The translations under genes and the position numbers were made by a program. Of a stretch of DNA of 43,658 nucleotides, positions 1 through 11,849 are shown piece by piece; position 1 is the stretch's first letter, and the number at the start of each line of letters is the position of its first letter. Source of the DNA: Dicyema japonicum (Eukaryota > Animalia > Dicyemida); the NCBI GenBank assembly GCA_011109175.1, contig RDEW01000128.1, forward strand, positions 10,032 through 53,689, given 5' to 3'. The notes beneath the pieces are model-generated. The model did not search any database. It was given only the letters and a program-made list of their open reading frames with translations, and was not told the DNA's origin.

Positions 1-3
1 TTT

Positions 4-3000
4 GGTTGAGGTGGTGACGTCCCTCTACTTGCACTATGTCTTCTTCGTATTGCTTACCAGTTTCTCCCCTCACTCTTGGATCCCTCAACTGCCGAGGCCT
101 CAATCAGTGCTACAAGAAACAACAATTGGCGCGTGATCTGAGTAAATACAACATCTCTGTCTGTTGTTTGCAAGAGACGAAAATAACCGAACAATCTGCA
201 GAACTGTTTCAGAATTTTTACCTTTTGACCCTCACACCAGACTGCAGGCACTATGGGCTCGGATTTGCTGTTCATCGGCACTTGTTTCACTGTGTCTCAA
301 GAGTATGGGCAGTATCTGACCGTGTCGCGGTGTTACAAATCAAATGCGGAAACAAACTCAACTCAGTGATCTCCATCATAAATGTATATGCCCCAACCGG
401 AGCACGTGTATCAACGAATATCGAAGAACTGGATACGTTTTACTCTACTCTCACAAGTGTGTACAACTCACTTTCATCCTCTTACTTTCTTTTTATCGCC
501 GGGGACTGGAACGCCAGGGCCGGAAAAGCAAGACCTGGTGAAACGTGTATTGGATCCCACGGTAGAAACCGCCGTAACATCCCCGGAGAGGCATTAATAC
601 AATTTTGCACGGCATTCAACCTACTCATATGCAACACTTGTTTCAAGCACCCGGCAAGACACAGGACCACGTGGGTTGGTACCAGAAAAGGCAAATCTGG
701 AAACACAGTCAATATATACAATCAGATCGACTATATTATCTGCAAGCAACATCAGAAGGCCCTCCTACAGGACTCGAGATCTTACGGTGGACTTGAAACA
801 AGTAGCGATCATAAACTTGTGGTCGCCCGGCTAGTACTTAAAAGAATCCATGGAATACACGGGAAACACAAAGGCCTTACCTCAGTACGTTTCGACACTG
901 AGAGGTTACGCTACGAAGAATCCACCAAATGTCGTTATAGTGCAGTTCTGAGAGATAGCATCAACAGTATTAACCAAAATCAGCCGACAAACAGCTTATG
1001 GGATGAAATAGTGGTTGCTATCCAAAACACAGCCTTTAGTGTGCTTGGTCACATCACCAAATCTCGTCACAAACAATGTAATCCGGATATCGGACAACTC
1101 TCTGTAACACAGAAAGAGCTCAGACTCCGGATGGAAAACACAAACGCTCCGGAAGATATCAAAGTACTGCGCACCCAGAGAGGGAGAGTCTTAACGAAGA
1201 TCAAACAAATACAAAGATTCCTTGCCAAAAATGAAGCTGAGGAGAAAATCTCAGACATATTAAAGTACAAGAACGGACCAAGAATGTTCAAAGCAATCCG
1301 GCTTCTTAGCAGAGAAAACTGTCCAATTTCGTTAACTGTCCATGACAACCTTGGTCACGACGTTATCGGGACCATTAACAAAGCAAACGTTCTGGCATCC
1401 CATTTTGACCTTATGTTCAACAAACAGGACGCGGCTGACCAAGCAATGAAATCTCGGAAGTCTTACAAGTACACTCTAACTAGCCCTATTACCATATCCG
1501 AAACTCAACAAGCTATTAAAAAATTAAATACCGGAAGATCTGCCGGACCAGACTTCATTACTGCAGAACTTTTACAATACGGCCCGGAGGAGCTAATTGA
1601 AATGATTACTAACATTTTCAACCGGTCTCTCGAGGGTGCAGATGAACTGGAACTGGGAAAAGGGTGGCTAATTCCACTACAAAAACCGGGAAAAAGTAAA
1701 GGCCCCCCTCACAACTTCAGACCTATTATACTCCTAACCTCCATACGAAAAACATTATCCCTCATTGCTTTAAACCGAATAAAGGAGAGGGTGAACATAT
1801 TTCTTTCGGACGGCCAAAGTGGATTCCGGACGGGCAGGTCCACGGCTGACGTGGTATGGGGGCACAGGTGGTATTGTGCCCTGTGCCAAAAATACAAAAA
1901 ATCTATTGAGATACTTGGTATCGACATGTCCCGTGCGTTCGACTCGGTGGACCGTGGAAAACTTATGGAAGTGTTGGAGAGTTTTCTACTGCCTGACGAT
2001 GTCAAAATAATACACTTACTCATGCGGAACACTCAACTTGCCGTCAAAATTGGTGACTCTACCTCTAACTTTTTTTCGACCTCACGTGGAGTTCCACAGG
2101 GGGACTCACTATCCCCGGTCCTCTTTATTGTCTACCTTGAGGCCGCACTAAGAGAGTTCAGACCCCTGGTTGGCAACAATTATAACGAGATAATCTACGC
2201 GGACGACCTGGACTTTGTTTCTGAGGATATTCAAGTACTTCAACACATGCTTAACGTTCTTCCACACGTATTCTCGAAATGGTTCTTAACCGTTAACACC
2301 GATAAAACAGAGTTCACAACACTTACACGCAATGATCGAAGATCGGACGAGTCTTGGAGAAAGCAAAAGAAGGTGGGTTCGCTTCTCGGGGACTCAGAAG
2401 ATGTTTCTCGGAGGAAAATCCTCGCAATGTGTGCACTAAAGAAAGTATCGAATATGTGGGGTCATAAGAAGAGGATGGGATTAAACACCAAACTCAGAAT
2501 ATATAAGGCTTTTGTCATCCCCGTCCTGACCTACAATTCAGGCACTTGGGGAATCTCTAAACAAGAGATGGACCGTCTTGACGCTTTCCACAGGACACAA
2601 TTGAAATCAGTAATCAAGATCAAGTGGCCTAAGAAGATCTCAAACAATGACCTCTACTCGAAGTGCAAATCTGGTATACTATCCGAGGAGATCTTCAGAT
2701 CAAGATGGAGTCTCTTTGGACATATCTTACGTCTAAATGCTCAAGTACCCGCGAATATCGCCATGGAAAACTACCTAATGCATACGGGAGCCGGTTTCCG
2801 TGGAAGACCAAGAGTTACACTCCCAACTATTTTGAATGGAGACCTGTCGGCTGTGGGACTGAAGCTCACTTCCGCAGACGACCTAGATACCTTAAGGGAA
2901 CTGGCACGAAGTAGAGGGTCCTGGAAAAGGCTGATAGAGAGGATGGCTAGAAATACGGCACAAGGGAGGCTTGATTAATTTTATGACTTCTCGGGAGTGC

Positions 3001-3022
3001 TTTAAATAATAATAATAATAAA
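4..3022 (+). mobile_element. Full-length RTE-clade non-LTR retrotransposon (copy RTE-1)
   Basis: Conserved 5' leader GGTTGAGGTGGTGACG, a single APE+RT ORF, a very short 3' UTR ending GTGC and a (TAA)n tail at ~3003-3022. Confidence 0.92.
36..2978 (+). CDS. Intact 980-aa APE endonuclease-reverse transcriptase
   Basis: APE motifs (NCRGL, LQET, NVYAPT, GDWNA, QIDYI, SDH) and RT motifs (FRPI, QSGFR, DMSRAFDSV, GVPQGDSLSP, YADD). The C-terminus is RTE-type (LFGHILR, GRPR) with no zinc knuckle or RNase H. Confidence 0.95.
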   Translation: MSSSYCLPVSPLTLGSLNCRGLNQCYKKQQLARDLSKYNISVCCLQETKITEQSAELFQNFYLLTLTPDCRHYGLGFAVHRHLFHCVSRVWAVSDRVAVLQIKCGNKLNSVISIINVYAPTGARVSTNIEELDTFYSTLTSVYNSLSSSYFLFIAGDWNARAGKARPGETCIGSHGRNRRNIPGEALIQFCTAFNLLICNTCFKHPARHRTTWVGTRKGKSGNTVNIYNQIDYIICKQHQKALLQDSRSYGGLETSSDHKLVVARLVLKRIHGIHGKHKGLTSVRFDTERLRYEESTKCRYSAVLRDSINSINQNQPTNSLWDEIVVAIQNTAFSVLGHITKSRHKQCNPDIGQLSVTQKELRLRMENTNAPEDIKVLRTQRGRVLTKIKQIQRFLAKNEAEEKISDILKYKNGPRMFKAIRLLSRENCPISLTVHDNLGHDVIGTINKANVLASHFDLMFNKQDAADQAMKSRKSYKYTLTSPITISETQQAIKKLNTGRSAGPDFITAELLQYGPEELIEMITNIFNRSLEGADELELGKGWLIPLQKPGKSKGPPHNFRPIILLTSIRKTLSLIALNRIKERVNIFLSDGQSGFRTGRSTADVVWGHRWYCALCQKYKKSIEILGIDMSRAFDSVDRGKLMEVLESFLLPDDVKIIHLLMRNTQLAVKIGDSTSNFFSTSRGVPQGDSLSPVLFIVYLEAALREFRPLVGNNYNEIIYADDLDFVSEDIQVLQHMLNVLPHVFSKWFLTVNTDKTEFTTLTRNDRRSDESWRKQKKVGSLLGDSEDVSRRKILAMCALKKVSNMWGHKKRMGLNTKLRIYKAFVIPVLTYNSGTWGISKQEMDRLDAFHRTQLKSVIKIKWPKKISNNDLYSKCKSGILSEEIFRSRWSLFGHILRLNAQVPANIAMENYLMHTGAGFRGRPRVTLPTILNGDLSAVGLKLTSADDLDTLRELARSRGSWKRLIERMARNTAQGRLD

Positions 3023-4235
3023 AACTTAAAATATAGAATAATGTAATTAAAAACGTTTTCAGGTTAAAATTTTTGGTCTTTAGATAAAAATTGTAGCAAT
3101 AATAAAAATCTTTCCTGAATGATGTGAAAGGAAATATGTTGTTTTTCCTTAAACTTTTTTTTACTTCTATAATAAATGCAAGTAAAAATATATATATTTA
3201 TGAGTTTTAAACAATTTTAAAAAACATGTGAATTTCTGACTATTTACAAAAATCGCCCTAATCATCACTTTTTCAAATCAAATCAATAAACGCGTCTCAA
3301 TCTATATTACTGAAGTATTATTGACTCTCTCCTGGCAACATTTTTATTTAAAAAATTAATTGATTCCGTTGGTTGAGCTGGTGACGTGGCTCTATTGCAC
3401 ACATGTCTTTTTTGTGCTTTTCTTCGGGATCTTTCACTATTAGCTCGTTCAATGTAAGTGGATTAAAGTCGGATACTAAAAGAAGAAATTTATGCGTGGA
3501 TCTTGGATCGTAAAAGGTAACCGTGGCGTGCTTACAGGAAACGAAAGTAAAAGGCGGACTAGATGAAATCAACAATGATTTCCGCCTGATTCTGCACCCT
3601 TCGAATTGCCCACACTACGGCATGGGATTTGCAATACAAAAAAAACTGAACAATCGAATCCACAAGAAGTGGAGGGTGAGCGATAGAATATGTGTTTTAC
3701 AATTAAAATGCGGTGAAATGAACAATTCCATAATCTCCATTATTAATGTATATGCACCAACTTCGGTGAGAGTATCAATCAATGGAGACGAACTAGACGA
3801 CTTCTATTCCTCCCTGTCGCAACTATATGCATCTTTGGAAACATCGTTCATGACATACATCGCAGGAGATTGGAACGCAAAAACATGNGGAGGGTGAGCG
3901 ATAGAATATGTGTTTTACAATTAAAATACGGTGAAAGGAACAATTCCATAATCTCCATTATTAATGTATATGCACCAACTTCGGTGAGAGTACCAATCAA
4001 TGGAGACGAACTAGACGACTTCTATTCCTCCCTGTCGCAACTATATGCATCTATAGAAACATCGTTCATGACATACATTGCCGGAGATTGGAACGCAAAG
4101 GCAGGACGTGGGAGTAGTCACGAAGAATTCATGGGAAGCCATGGAAGGGGGATCAGGAACCATTCAGGAGAATCGCTTATCGAATTTTGCAATACATTCA
4201 AACTATTTCTATGCAACACTGCTTTCAGGCACTCA

Positions 4236-4853
4236 NNNNNNNNNNNNNNNNNNNNNNNNNNNNNNNNNNNNNNNNNNNNNNNNNNNNNNNNNNNNNNNNN
4301 NNNNNNNNNNNNNNNNNNNNNNNNNNNNNNNNNNNNNNNNNNNNNNNNNNNNNNNNNNNNNNNNNNNNNNNNNNNNNNNNNNNNNNNNNNNNNNNNNNNN
4401 NNNNNNNNNNNNNNNNNNNNNNNNNNNNNNNNNNNNNNNNNNNNNNNNNNNNNNNNNNNNNNNNNNNNNNNNNNNNNNNNNNNNNNNNNNNNNNNNNNNN
4501 NNNNNNNNNNNNNNNNNNNNNNNNNNNNNNNNNNNNNNNNNNNNNNNNNNNNNNNNNNNNNNNNNNNNNNNNNNNNNNNNNNNNNNNNNNNNNNNNNNNN
4601 NNNNNNNNNNNNNNNNNNNNNNNNNNNNNNNNNNNNNNNNNNNNNNNNNNNNNNNNNNNNNNNNNNNNNNNNNNNNNNNNNNNNNNNNNNNNNNNNNNNN
4701 NNNNNNNNNNNNNNNNNNNNNNNNNNNNNNNNNNNNNNNNNNNNNNNNNNNNNNNNNNNNNNNNNNNNNNNNNNNNNNNNNNNNNNNNNNNNNNNNNNNN
4801 NNNNNNNNNNNNNNNNNNNNNNNNNNNNNNNNNNNNNNNNNNNNNNNNNNNNN
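4236..4853. other. Assembly gap (618 N)
   Basis: Run of N. The equivalent interval in RTE-1 is about 1.19 kb, so the gap is probably undersized or this copy has a deletion. Confidence 0.99.
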
Positions 4854-5576
4854 GATCTACAGCTGATGTGGTCTGGGGACATCGATGGCTTTGTGCAACA
4901 CATCAAAAGTACAAGGGGGCTATTGGCATCCTTGGCATGGACATGTCCAAAGCCTTTGACTCTATACACAGAGGGAGACTTTTGGATATCTTGGAGAAGT
5001 TGGTTGACGAGGACAGTGTCAGAATGATCAGTCTAATACTTGGAACAACGCAGCTAAGTGTACGTTTTGGAAATTTGGAGTCTGTCTCATTCGAGACAAC
5101 GTTCGGGGTACCGCAGGGAGATTCCTTGTCACCGGTACTTTTTGTGACATATCTGGAGGCGGCACTCAGAGACTTCAGACTATTAATTGGCGATTTACCT
5201 CAAACTGAAGTGATTTATGCAGATGATATCGACTATATATCCAGCGACGAGAAAACATTAAACTATATACGGACAAGGATGCCAGATGTCCTAGAAAAAT
5301 GGTTCATCAAAATCAATACGGAAAAGACGGAGACAATTACCATACGCCGTGAATTAACCCGAACTGATGAAAAATGAAGATACTGTAAAAAATTGGGGTC
5401 GTTGCTCGGAGACGCTGAGGATATCACTAACAGGAAGATGTTGGCCGTCGCGGCCTTTAGAAAAATGGGAGTAATCTGGAATCATTGTAAACAAATAAGC
5501 ACACAATTACGTGTAAGACTATACAATGCCTTCGTGAAACCGGTCCTAATGTACAACGCTGCAACCTGGGGTGTCT

Positions 5577-5748
5577 CAGAAGCGGTAATGGACAAACTAG
5601 ATGCCTTCCATCGTAAGCAACTCCGACTGTTGCTTGGCATCAACTGGCCGAAAAAAATTACACAGAAGCGGTAATGGACAAACTAGATGCCTTCCATCGT
5701 AAGCAACTCCGACTGTTGCTTGGCATCAACTGGCCGAAAAAAATTACA
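5577..5748 (+). repeat. 86-bp tandem duplication inside RTE-2
   Basis: 5577-5662 is repeated at 5663-5748. Confidence 0.9.
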
Positions 5749-6149
5749 AACAAGAATCTATACAAAGTATGTAATACAAGACCATTGAGTCTGGATATCC
5801 TGGAATCAAGATGGCTTCTGTTTGGTCACATTCTTCGAATGAGCCAGATGACGCCTGCAAAAATAGCAATGGTGAACTATTTCTGCCCAGAAGTGAATAC
5901 CTCGTTCCGTGGAAGACCTCTCATAACTTTGCCAGAGGTTCTAAACAAGGACCTGACCAATGTAGGACTAAAGCTGAAAACAGGAGATGATCGGGATACG
6001 CTCGGAATAACTGTAACCGCGGAGCATGGAGGAAGTTAGTCAAGAGAATTGTGGAAGAAAGAATAACCTGAAGAAAAATACGACACAAGCGGAACCTTAA
6101 TTAAATAAATTACATTTTTGGTTCTTCGAAAGTGCTATTAATAATAATT

Positions 6150-6455
6150 ACTGTATCCATTCATCTCTTGGACAAATGTCTTGAAAATCGAGGATAGCCG
6201 AAAATGAGCTTCCAAAATCACGGAACACTGAATTTATGGAGAGTTTTAGTCACCAATGCCTCTTGAAGCTTTGATACGAATGAACCATAGAACGCACCGT
6301 CGTGACTGCGAAGATCCAGTCACTCGACCGATACGTGCTTGTGTGGGGTTGAGGGAGGAGCATCGGGCCAAGATGAGTTCCTTGTCAGAGAGGGATGGGA
6401 TCACGTGATTAGTTAGTTTTTGTAACCGTGGTCTCTGGTGTTATTATTATAAAAA
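6150..6455 (+). mobile_element. 3' fragment of the I/Jockey-group (2A-family) LINE
   Basis: Encodes the family C-terminus (RPIRACVG..EEHRAKM...GIT*), followed by CCGTGGTCTCTGG and a TTA/A-rich tail. Confidence 0.75.
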
Positions 6456-6459
6456 TACC

Positions 6460-7480
6460 GTGGCTTATGCGGTGGAGACTAAGCCAGTAGGGTCACTAGG
6501 CGACATTTCCCTAGTGTTGTATGCAGCACAGATCTCCTATGAGGAGTTGACGTACAAGCCCAGATTACCCAGTAAATGGAGGAACAGATTGCTTGGAGAC
6601 AAACAAAGCTGGAAGCACTGGAGGGGCACATAAGTGCTGTAGGAAGAGGGGTTAAAGGAAAAGCACCGTCTATAGTAAAAGGGTTACTTAGTAAACTCCG
6701 TGTTCCCAAATTGGACCTCAAAGAGTTGAGGAGGGCAACGGTGGAGTTAGAGGGAGCAATAATGGTGTATAAGAGGAAACTCTATACACATGAAAGTCGG
6801 TGTAAGAGAAGGAGAGAAAATAATCTGTTTGAGTTTAATCGCAGATTGTTTTACCGTCGCCTACACGAAAATGGCCATAGTGTATGTTCCCAGCAGGACG
6901 CGGAAATGCTTTCCACATGGGGTAGTATGTGGGAGGTTAAACCACACAGAGGAAATGCGTGGAATGTCCGCTCTTTTCTTGGCGGAATCTTGCGGAATTT
7001 TCGATTTTCGCAAGAAATTTAAGGTGGTAGTGAGACATCTCCCTGATTGGAAAAAGACCGGGGTCTATAAAGTTTACAATTTCTTTATCAAAAGATGCAC
7101 TTCATTGCACGAGTCTATGTGTCGTGTATTACAGAAAAGCATCACTAACCCGGAAACGATTCCTGATTGGGCATGCACAGAGACAACTTATTCGTCCCCA
7201 AGCTGGACAACCCTCAGTCTGCTGCAGATTATCGACCGATGACCTGCATGCCAACACTTTATAAGCTGATGACCAAATTGGTGGCTAATGAGGTCAGTAG
7301 CTTTGTAGAGGCAAATGGAATGCTCTCCGAGAATCAATTGGGTACTGTGCGAAATTTTCAGGGGCGAAAGTGCAGGCTTCGTTCAACAAGTGTTTTTCTG
7401 TGTTTAATGGAAACTCTATTTTGTCTATGCGGTTGGATGTGAAGAAGGCTTCGATTCAGTTGATCATTCTTACCTTGTCT
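6460..7480 (+). pseudogene. R4/Dong-like REL retrotransposon, N-terminal RT portion
   Basis: RRENNLFEFNRRLFYRRL, DYRPMTCMPTLYKL, LSENQLG and LDVKKAxDSVDH across frameshifts. Confidence 0.8.
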
Positions 7481-7499
7481 TTAACGCTCTTTGTATGCA

Positions 7500-8310
7500 G
7501 TGTAAAACCATCCTTCCAGTCCATAAAGGAATGATGAATGATCCGTTAAAAAATAAATAAAAACATGTCAGTTTCGAGTCTCAATTTCCTCATACACATG
7601 ATCACATGGTGGGCTTTCATTCTTCGGAGTTTAAAATCACATAATGTACTTCCAGATTTCTCAAAGCTGTTCCGAAATTCTTCAGGGAACTCACAATGTT
7701 GATTCCGCAGGGAGCCTTGCTGATTTTCTTTTTTATTTCGACCGAAAACCTCATTTCATTATACAGTTTTAATCCTTGGAGACAGCACCAGTCTTTTATC
7801 TCTTCCATGTACACATTGAGTCTCATCTCTGAGATCATGCTCGATCTCGACATATCAAACAGTAGCACGTCGTCAGCGTATGTCAGTGATCTTGTATTTC
7901 GTGTAGTCGGAGACGGGAAACTGGCCATTAGAACATTAAACAATAGAAAACTCAAAATTGATCCTTGTGGGACTTCTCTCTTCAATAATATCATATTTGA
8001 AAAATAGCGTCCGCATCTAACATAGAAGTTTCTTTTTTCTAGGTACACTTTCAACCAATTCACTCGTTTTTTTAGGATTTTCGTCCGAGATAATCGACCG
8101 ATTATGGCTCTGTGGTTAATACTGTCGGATGATTTTGATATGTCGGGACATATGATATTCAAGAAACATTTGGATTCTCTTGCTTTGCATAACTCGGAGT
8201 TAAGACGAAATAAGTAATCATTGCATGACCGTCCAGTGTGGTTCATCAGCTTTGTAGAGAGATGTGTAAATTCATAAAGTAATGCCTTCAACGCAAACCT
8301 CGGCATCAAA
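7500..8310 (-). pseudogene. Decayed LINE RT fragment (I/Jockey group)
   Basis: DISKS-DSINH, VPQGSILS-LLFNV and YADD in ORF 7617-8309. Confidence 0.8.
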
Positions 8311-8315
8311 AGATT

Positions 8316-9278
8316 ATGTGTTCCATTAACATACAGAAGGTTTTTGACTCGATACCGAGGAAACTGCTTACTAGGAAGATCTATAGCTCAAACAATTTGA
8401 ACATTTGGCTAGCAAACTTCCTCAACGGACGAAAAGGAAGATTGATTTCCTATTCTACATCTTCAGTCACTAAATTCTGCCGAACAGAGTCCCGCAAGGA
8501 TCCCCTCTCTCCAATTCTCTTCAACCTATTTATGAGCGACATGCCTTCCCACAGGTGCGACGATACCCTGTTCCTTGTTTATGCTGACGAATTAATCCTG
8601 ACAACAAGAGATCAGTGTATCCACACAGCGAATAATCGGTTACAAGATTCACTGGACAACCTGAACTGTTGGCTTACGAGGAACCAACTCCACACAAGTC
8701 CTGAAAAGTCATGCTCCATGATCTTTACTTCCAATAGAAGATTGACTAATTCGGCGCCTCCATTGACTCTAAATGGGATAATAATCCCCTCCACAAATTA
8801 AACCAAAATACTGGGGGTCACATATGTCCTACTAATGACCTTCAGAATCATGTGAACAACATTATCTCATCTTTCCAGCGAAAATTAAACTTTGTAAAAA
8901 CGCTACCAGGATACTACAAGAGATGGTTCCACCCAACAGTAGATCATCTCTACTACTTCCGTCAATCAGCTACTGCTGCGCGGCTAACATATCTTATACC
9001 AACCTAAAGAAAATTAACTCCTTCTAAGAGACAGCAACAATGACCCTACAAAGATCCTCCTCGATATTAAAACCAACCCCGTTTGAGGAACTCGTGAGAA
9101 GTACGGAAGCTCTGCCAAAACTTATAAACCTCCAAAAAATCATTTGTCCTCATCGGAAAAGTGTCGGCACTCGAAAGGAAGGCCGAGAAAAGATGCTCAA
9201 AAATGCCAGGACCACCTGACAGCCCCTACTCTCCTTTGTTTCTTCCGTGATTCTTGGTTCTAAATAATTACAATAATT
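8316..9278 (+). mobile_element. 5'-truncated 2A-family LINE (RT to 3' end)
   Basis: IQKVFDSI, LSPILFN, YADE, SPEKS; family C-terminus (RKSVGTRKE); 3' motif CCGTGATTCTTGG plus a TAA tail. Confidence 0.8.
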
Positions 9279-9284
9279 AAAATT

Positions 9285-10740
9285 TGAGGAGGTCTACTCC
9301 ATGGAGGTCTGTGCCAGGGAATATTTTGAGAGTATAGGACTAGATTTGAATTATCGCAAGTATGTAGCGAGTTAGAAAAAGTCTTAGATGGAATACGAAG
9401 GATATAAGTATCTGGGTGTTACTAAACTCCAAAGTCTCTTATAATTTCTGAGACAAAGCGACAAATTACTGAAAGCATTCGTAGAAGAGCTGCGTCTCTA
9501 AATTCACGAAATTTGTTCCTAGCATTAAATGAGTATGCTGTCTCGCTGCTAAGCTACTACATAGGTGTTGTGGAGTTTGAGCCCAAAGAGTAAGATGAGA
9601 TGGATGTTATGATCAGTGGAGTACTCAGAGAAAACCATGTCTACGTGCTCGCAGCCAATAAGGAGAGAAAATATTTAGCCCGTGATAAATTTGGCCTTGG
9701 ACTGTATGGAGTGGTGCAACTAAGTGAGCGTATCCTTATGCGAATGCATGACACCCTGATAGCTGGGTCAAGTGTGTCTGCTAGGAAGCCATAATAACGA
9801 CTGAGAAAGCACAGGCAACTCACCTAGGCAATATCAGACCTTTTTGTCTGCTAAGTATGGTGTTGATGATGATGGGCTAGTAAGTGTGAAGGCGTTGATC
9901 GAATTACAATATAATAATTTGATGGAAAAGATCAACTTAAAAGCCTTCATAAGGTCCTCTTCAGATTGGACAAACCACATGTCGACCTTAAGTCGTCGAC
10001 AATATGGCTAAAATACGATAACAATTCACCTCGATAAGAGGCGTTGTACACGTATATGCAAGACCGCAATATTTTTGGGGGGCGATCAACAAATAAATGT
10101 CCCCATTGTAAATCAGGAGAATATCGGTTGATCATTTAGTCACTTGGTGACGGACTCATAAGGAGCTATTTGTAGTAGAGAACACCAGGGTCCAAATTAA
10201 GGTAAACAGTCTTATCCGTTCCTCGGTGCTATTCAAGCAGACTAAACCGGACATTGTGGTACACGATAAGGAGTCTGGCCAAGTCCTTACATAGAAGTTT
10301 GCATTAAGTCTCAAAACCGTTTGCAACTTTCGCTGCTCTATGAATGCCAAGTGAAGATTATTCCAGTGGTTTTGACATGGGATGGAGTTGTCTCAAGATG
10401 CTTCAAGAATCATATGGATAAATTATCTATTGAAGAATCAACAAGGACTTACATTCAATCGGTTGTGCTGAAGAGAACGCTCGAAAGTATGCTCATTTAA
10501 CATAAGCATGGGATGAAGGTATACGATGAAGAGTACGCCTCTGCTACCTCCCAACTTGTGGAACTGGCATGCCGTGAGGACAGCCCACTGGACTCTAACG
10601 GAGATATTTTGACTGAATCTGATGTGGAGATGCGGAGTAACAGAGAGGTTATGGCACACTATTCTTCTAAGAGAAGAAGAGGGATTACCAACAATCTGGA
10701 TTAAAATACGCTTAATTAGTTGATTTACTCTATTTAAACA
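9285..10740 (+). pseudogene. R4/Dong-like retrotransposon, C-terminal portion (thumb, CCHC, REL endonuclease)
   Basis: YKYLGV, NSRNLF-A-NEYAVS, ANKER-YL-R...GLGL, CPHC and KPDIVVHDK. It is probably the continuation of 6460-7480, split by later insertions. Confidence 0.8.
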
Positions 10741-11849
10741 AAGTTTGGGTATATTAGTTATGACAAGGCAACTCAATGGAATGACAAAAAGTATTCCAGC
10801 CAGGGATTCTATTGAAGGTGAGCTTTTTGTACCTTAATAAATTATTAAAAATATGTATTTGTGTCGGACTGAACTAATAATTGATATCAAAATAAGTAGT
10901 TTGGTTTTCCTTCTGTAGTACCACCTGGCGGACTCTTAGGTAGAGTTTTGGTGGGAGATAGAGGCTATGCTGACTACATTTATTATCAAAAATCAAATTA
11001 TCTAATTACGAGGGAATGCCATTCGGTAATTCCTATAGAAGTTTTTTTACCAGCAGGTGACCCGCATGAAAACCTGAGCATACGGTGATGGTTTACTATT
11101 TCTATTAGAAATTATCAATTGATATTTTTAATGGTCAAAGTACATTTTCGGACTTGGCAGAGTTTCTAGAACTAAAGATGTTCTCCTGTAAAAGGACTCA
11201 CAATACTTAAAGGTTGACAGGAGAAAATAGGTTGATGCGACATAAATATTTTGCTTATAGGACGGATTAAGATTTCTAAGACCGCAAAGTTCTGGTTATT
11301 CAAGACAATCCTTACCATGTCTTGCTGATTAGTCATTTCAACAAATTTTATTATTCAGCAACAGAAAAAAATGAAATTCTGAAACAAAGCATAAGAATCT
11401 CCAGTTGAGATGGACGGCGGCTAGATTCGACACGAGTAGTAAATTCACGACCTATGATCGAGAGTTTTCAGAGAAAAATCATTATGAAATTAAAAAATTG
11501 CTGCACATTGACCTAATCAGCAATATTTTTTAAACTTAAGAATTTCTTTTAGAAAAGGCGAGAGATTTGAATAAAATGACTTGTGAGAACCAAAGGTATG
11601 AAACAACCAAAAGAATAGAAACCCAATTATTCCAAGTCCCAACAAAACCAGAATATATTAGTAACGGAGGATTAATTTTGAAGAATTGCCAGAGCTGGCA
11701 CAGTCAAAGCCATGGAAAAAATCAGTTTTTCTGCAGATTTAGAAAAATAGGTAACTCTGAACATAGCTAGTATCCGTCTCTGCGTCACCTATTGCCAGAA
11801 AATAATATATCACGGCATCTATTACAAATATCTAAATTTAGTAATTTTT

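Larger units (their letters stand above)
3371..6149 (+). mobile_element. RTE-clade LINE (copy RTE-2), disrupted and gapped
   Basis: Same 5' leader with ATG at 3403; APE and RT (YADD) fragments colinear with RTE-1; in-frame stops; internal duplications; ends AAGTGC plus a (TAA)n tail. Confidence 0.9.

Noticed and set aside
3672-4096. ~215-bp duplication of the APE region
   Set aside because: The copies are joined at a single N, so this is most likely a scaffolding overlap of two similar copies or alleles.
4078-5377. Long ORFs spanning the N run
   Set aside because: They are artefacts of translating through the gap.
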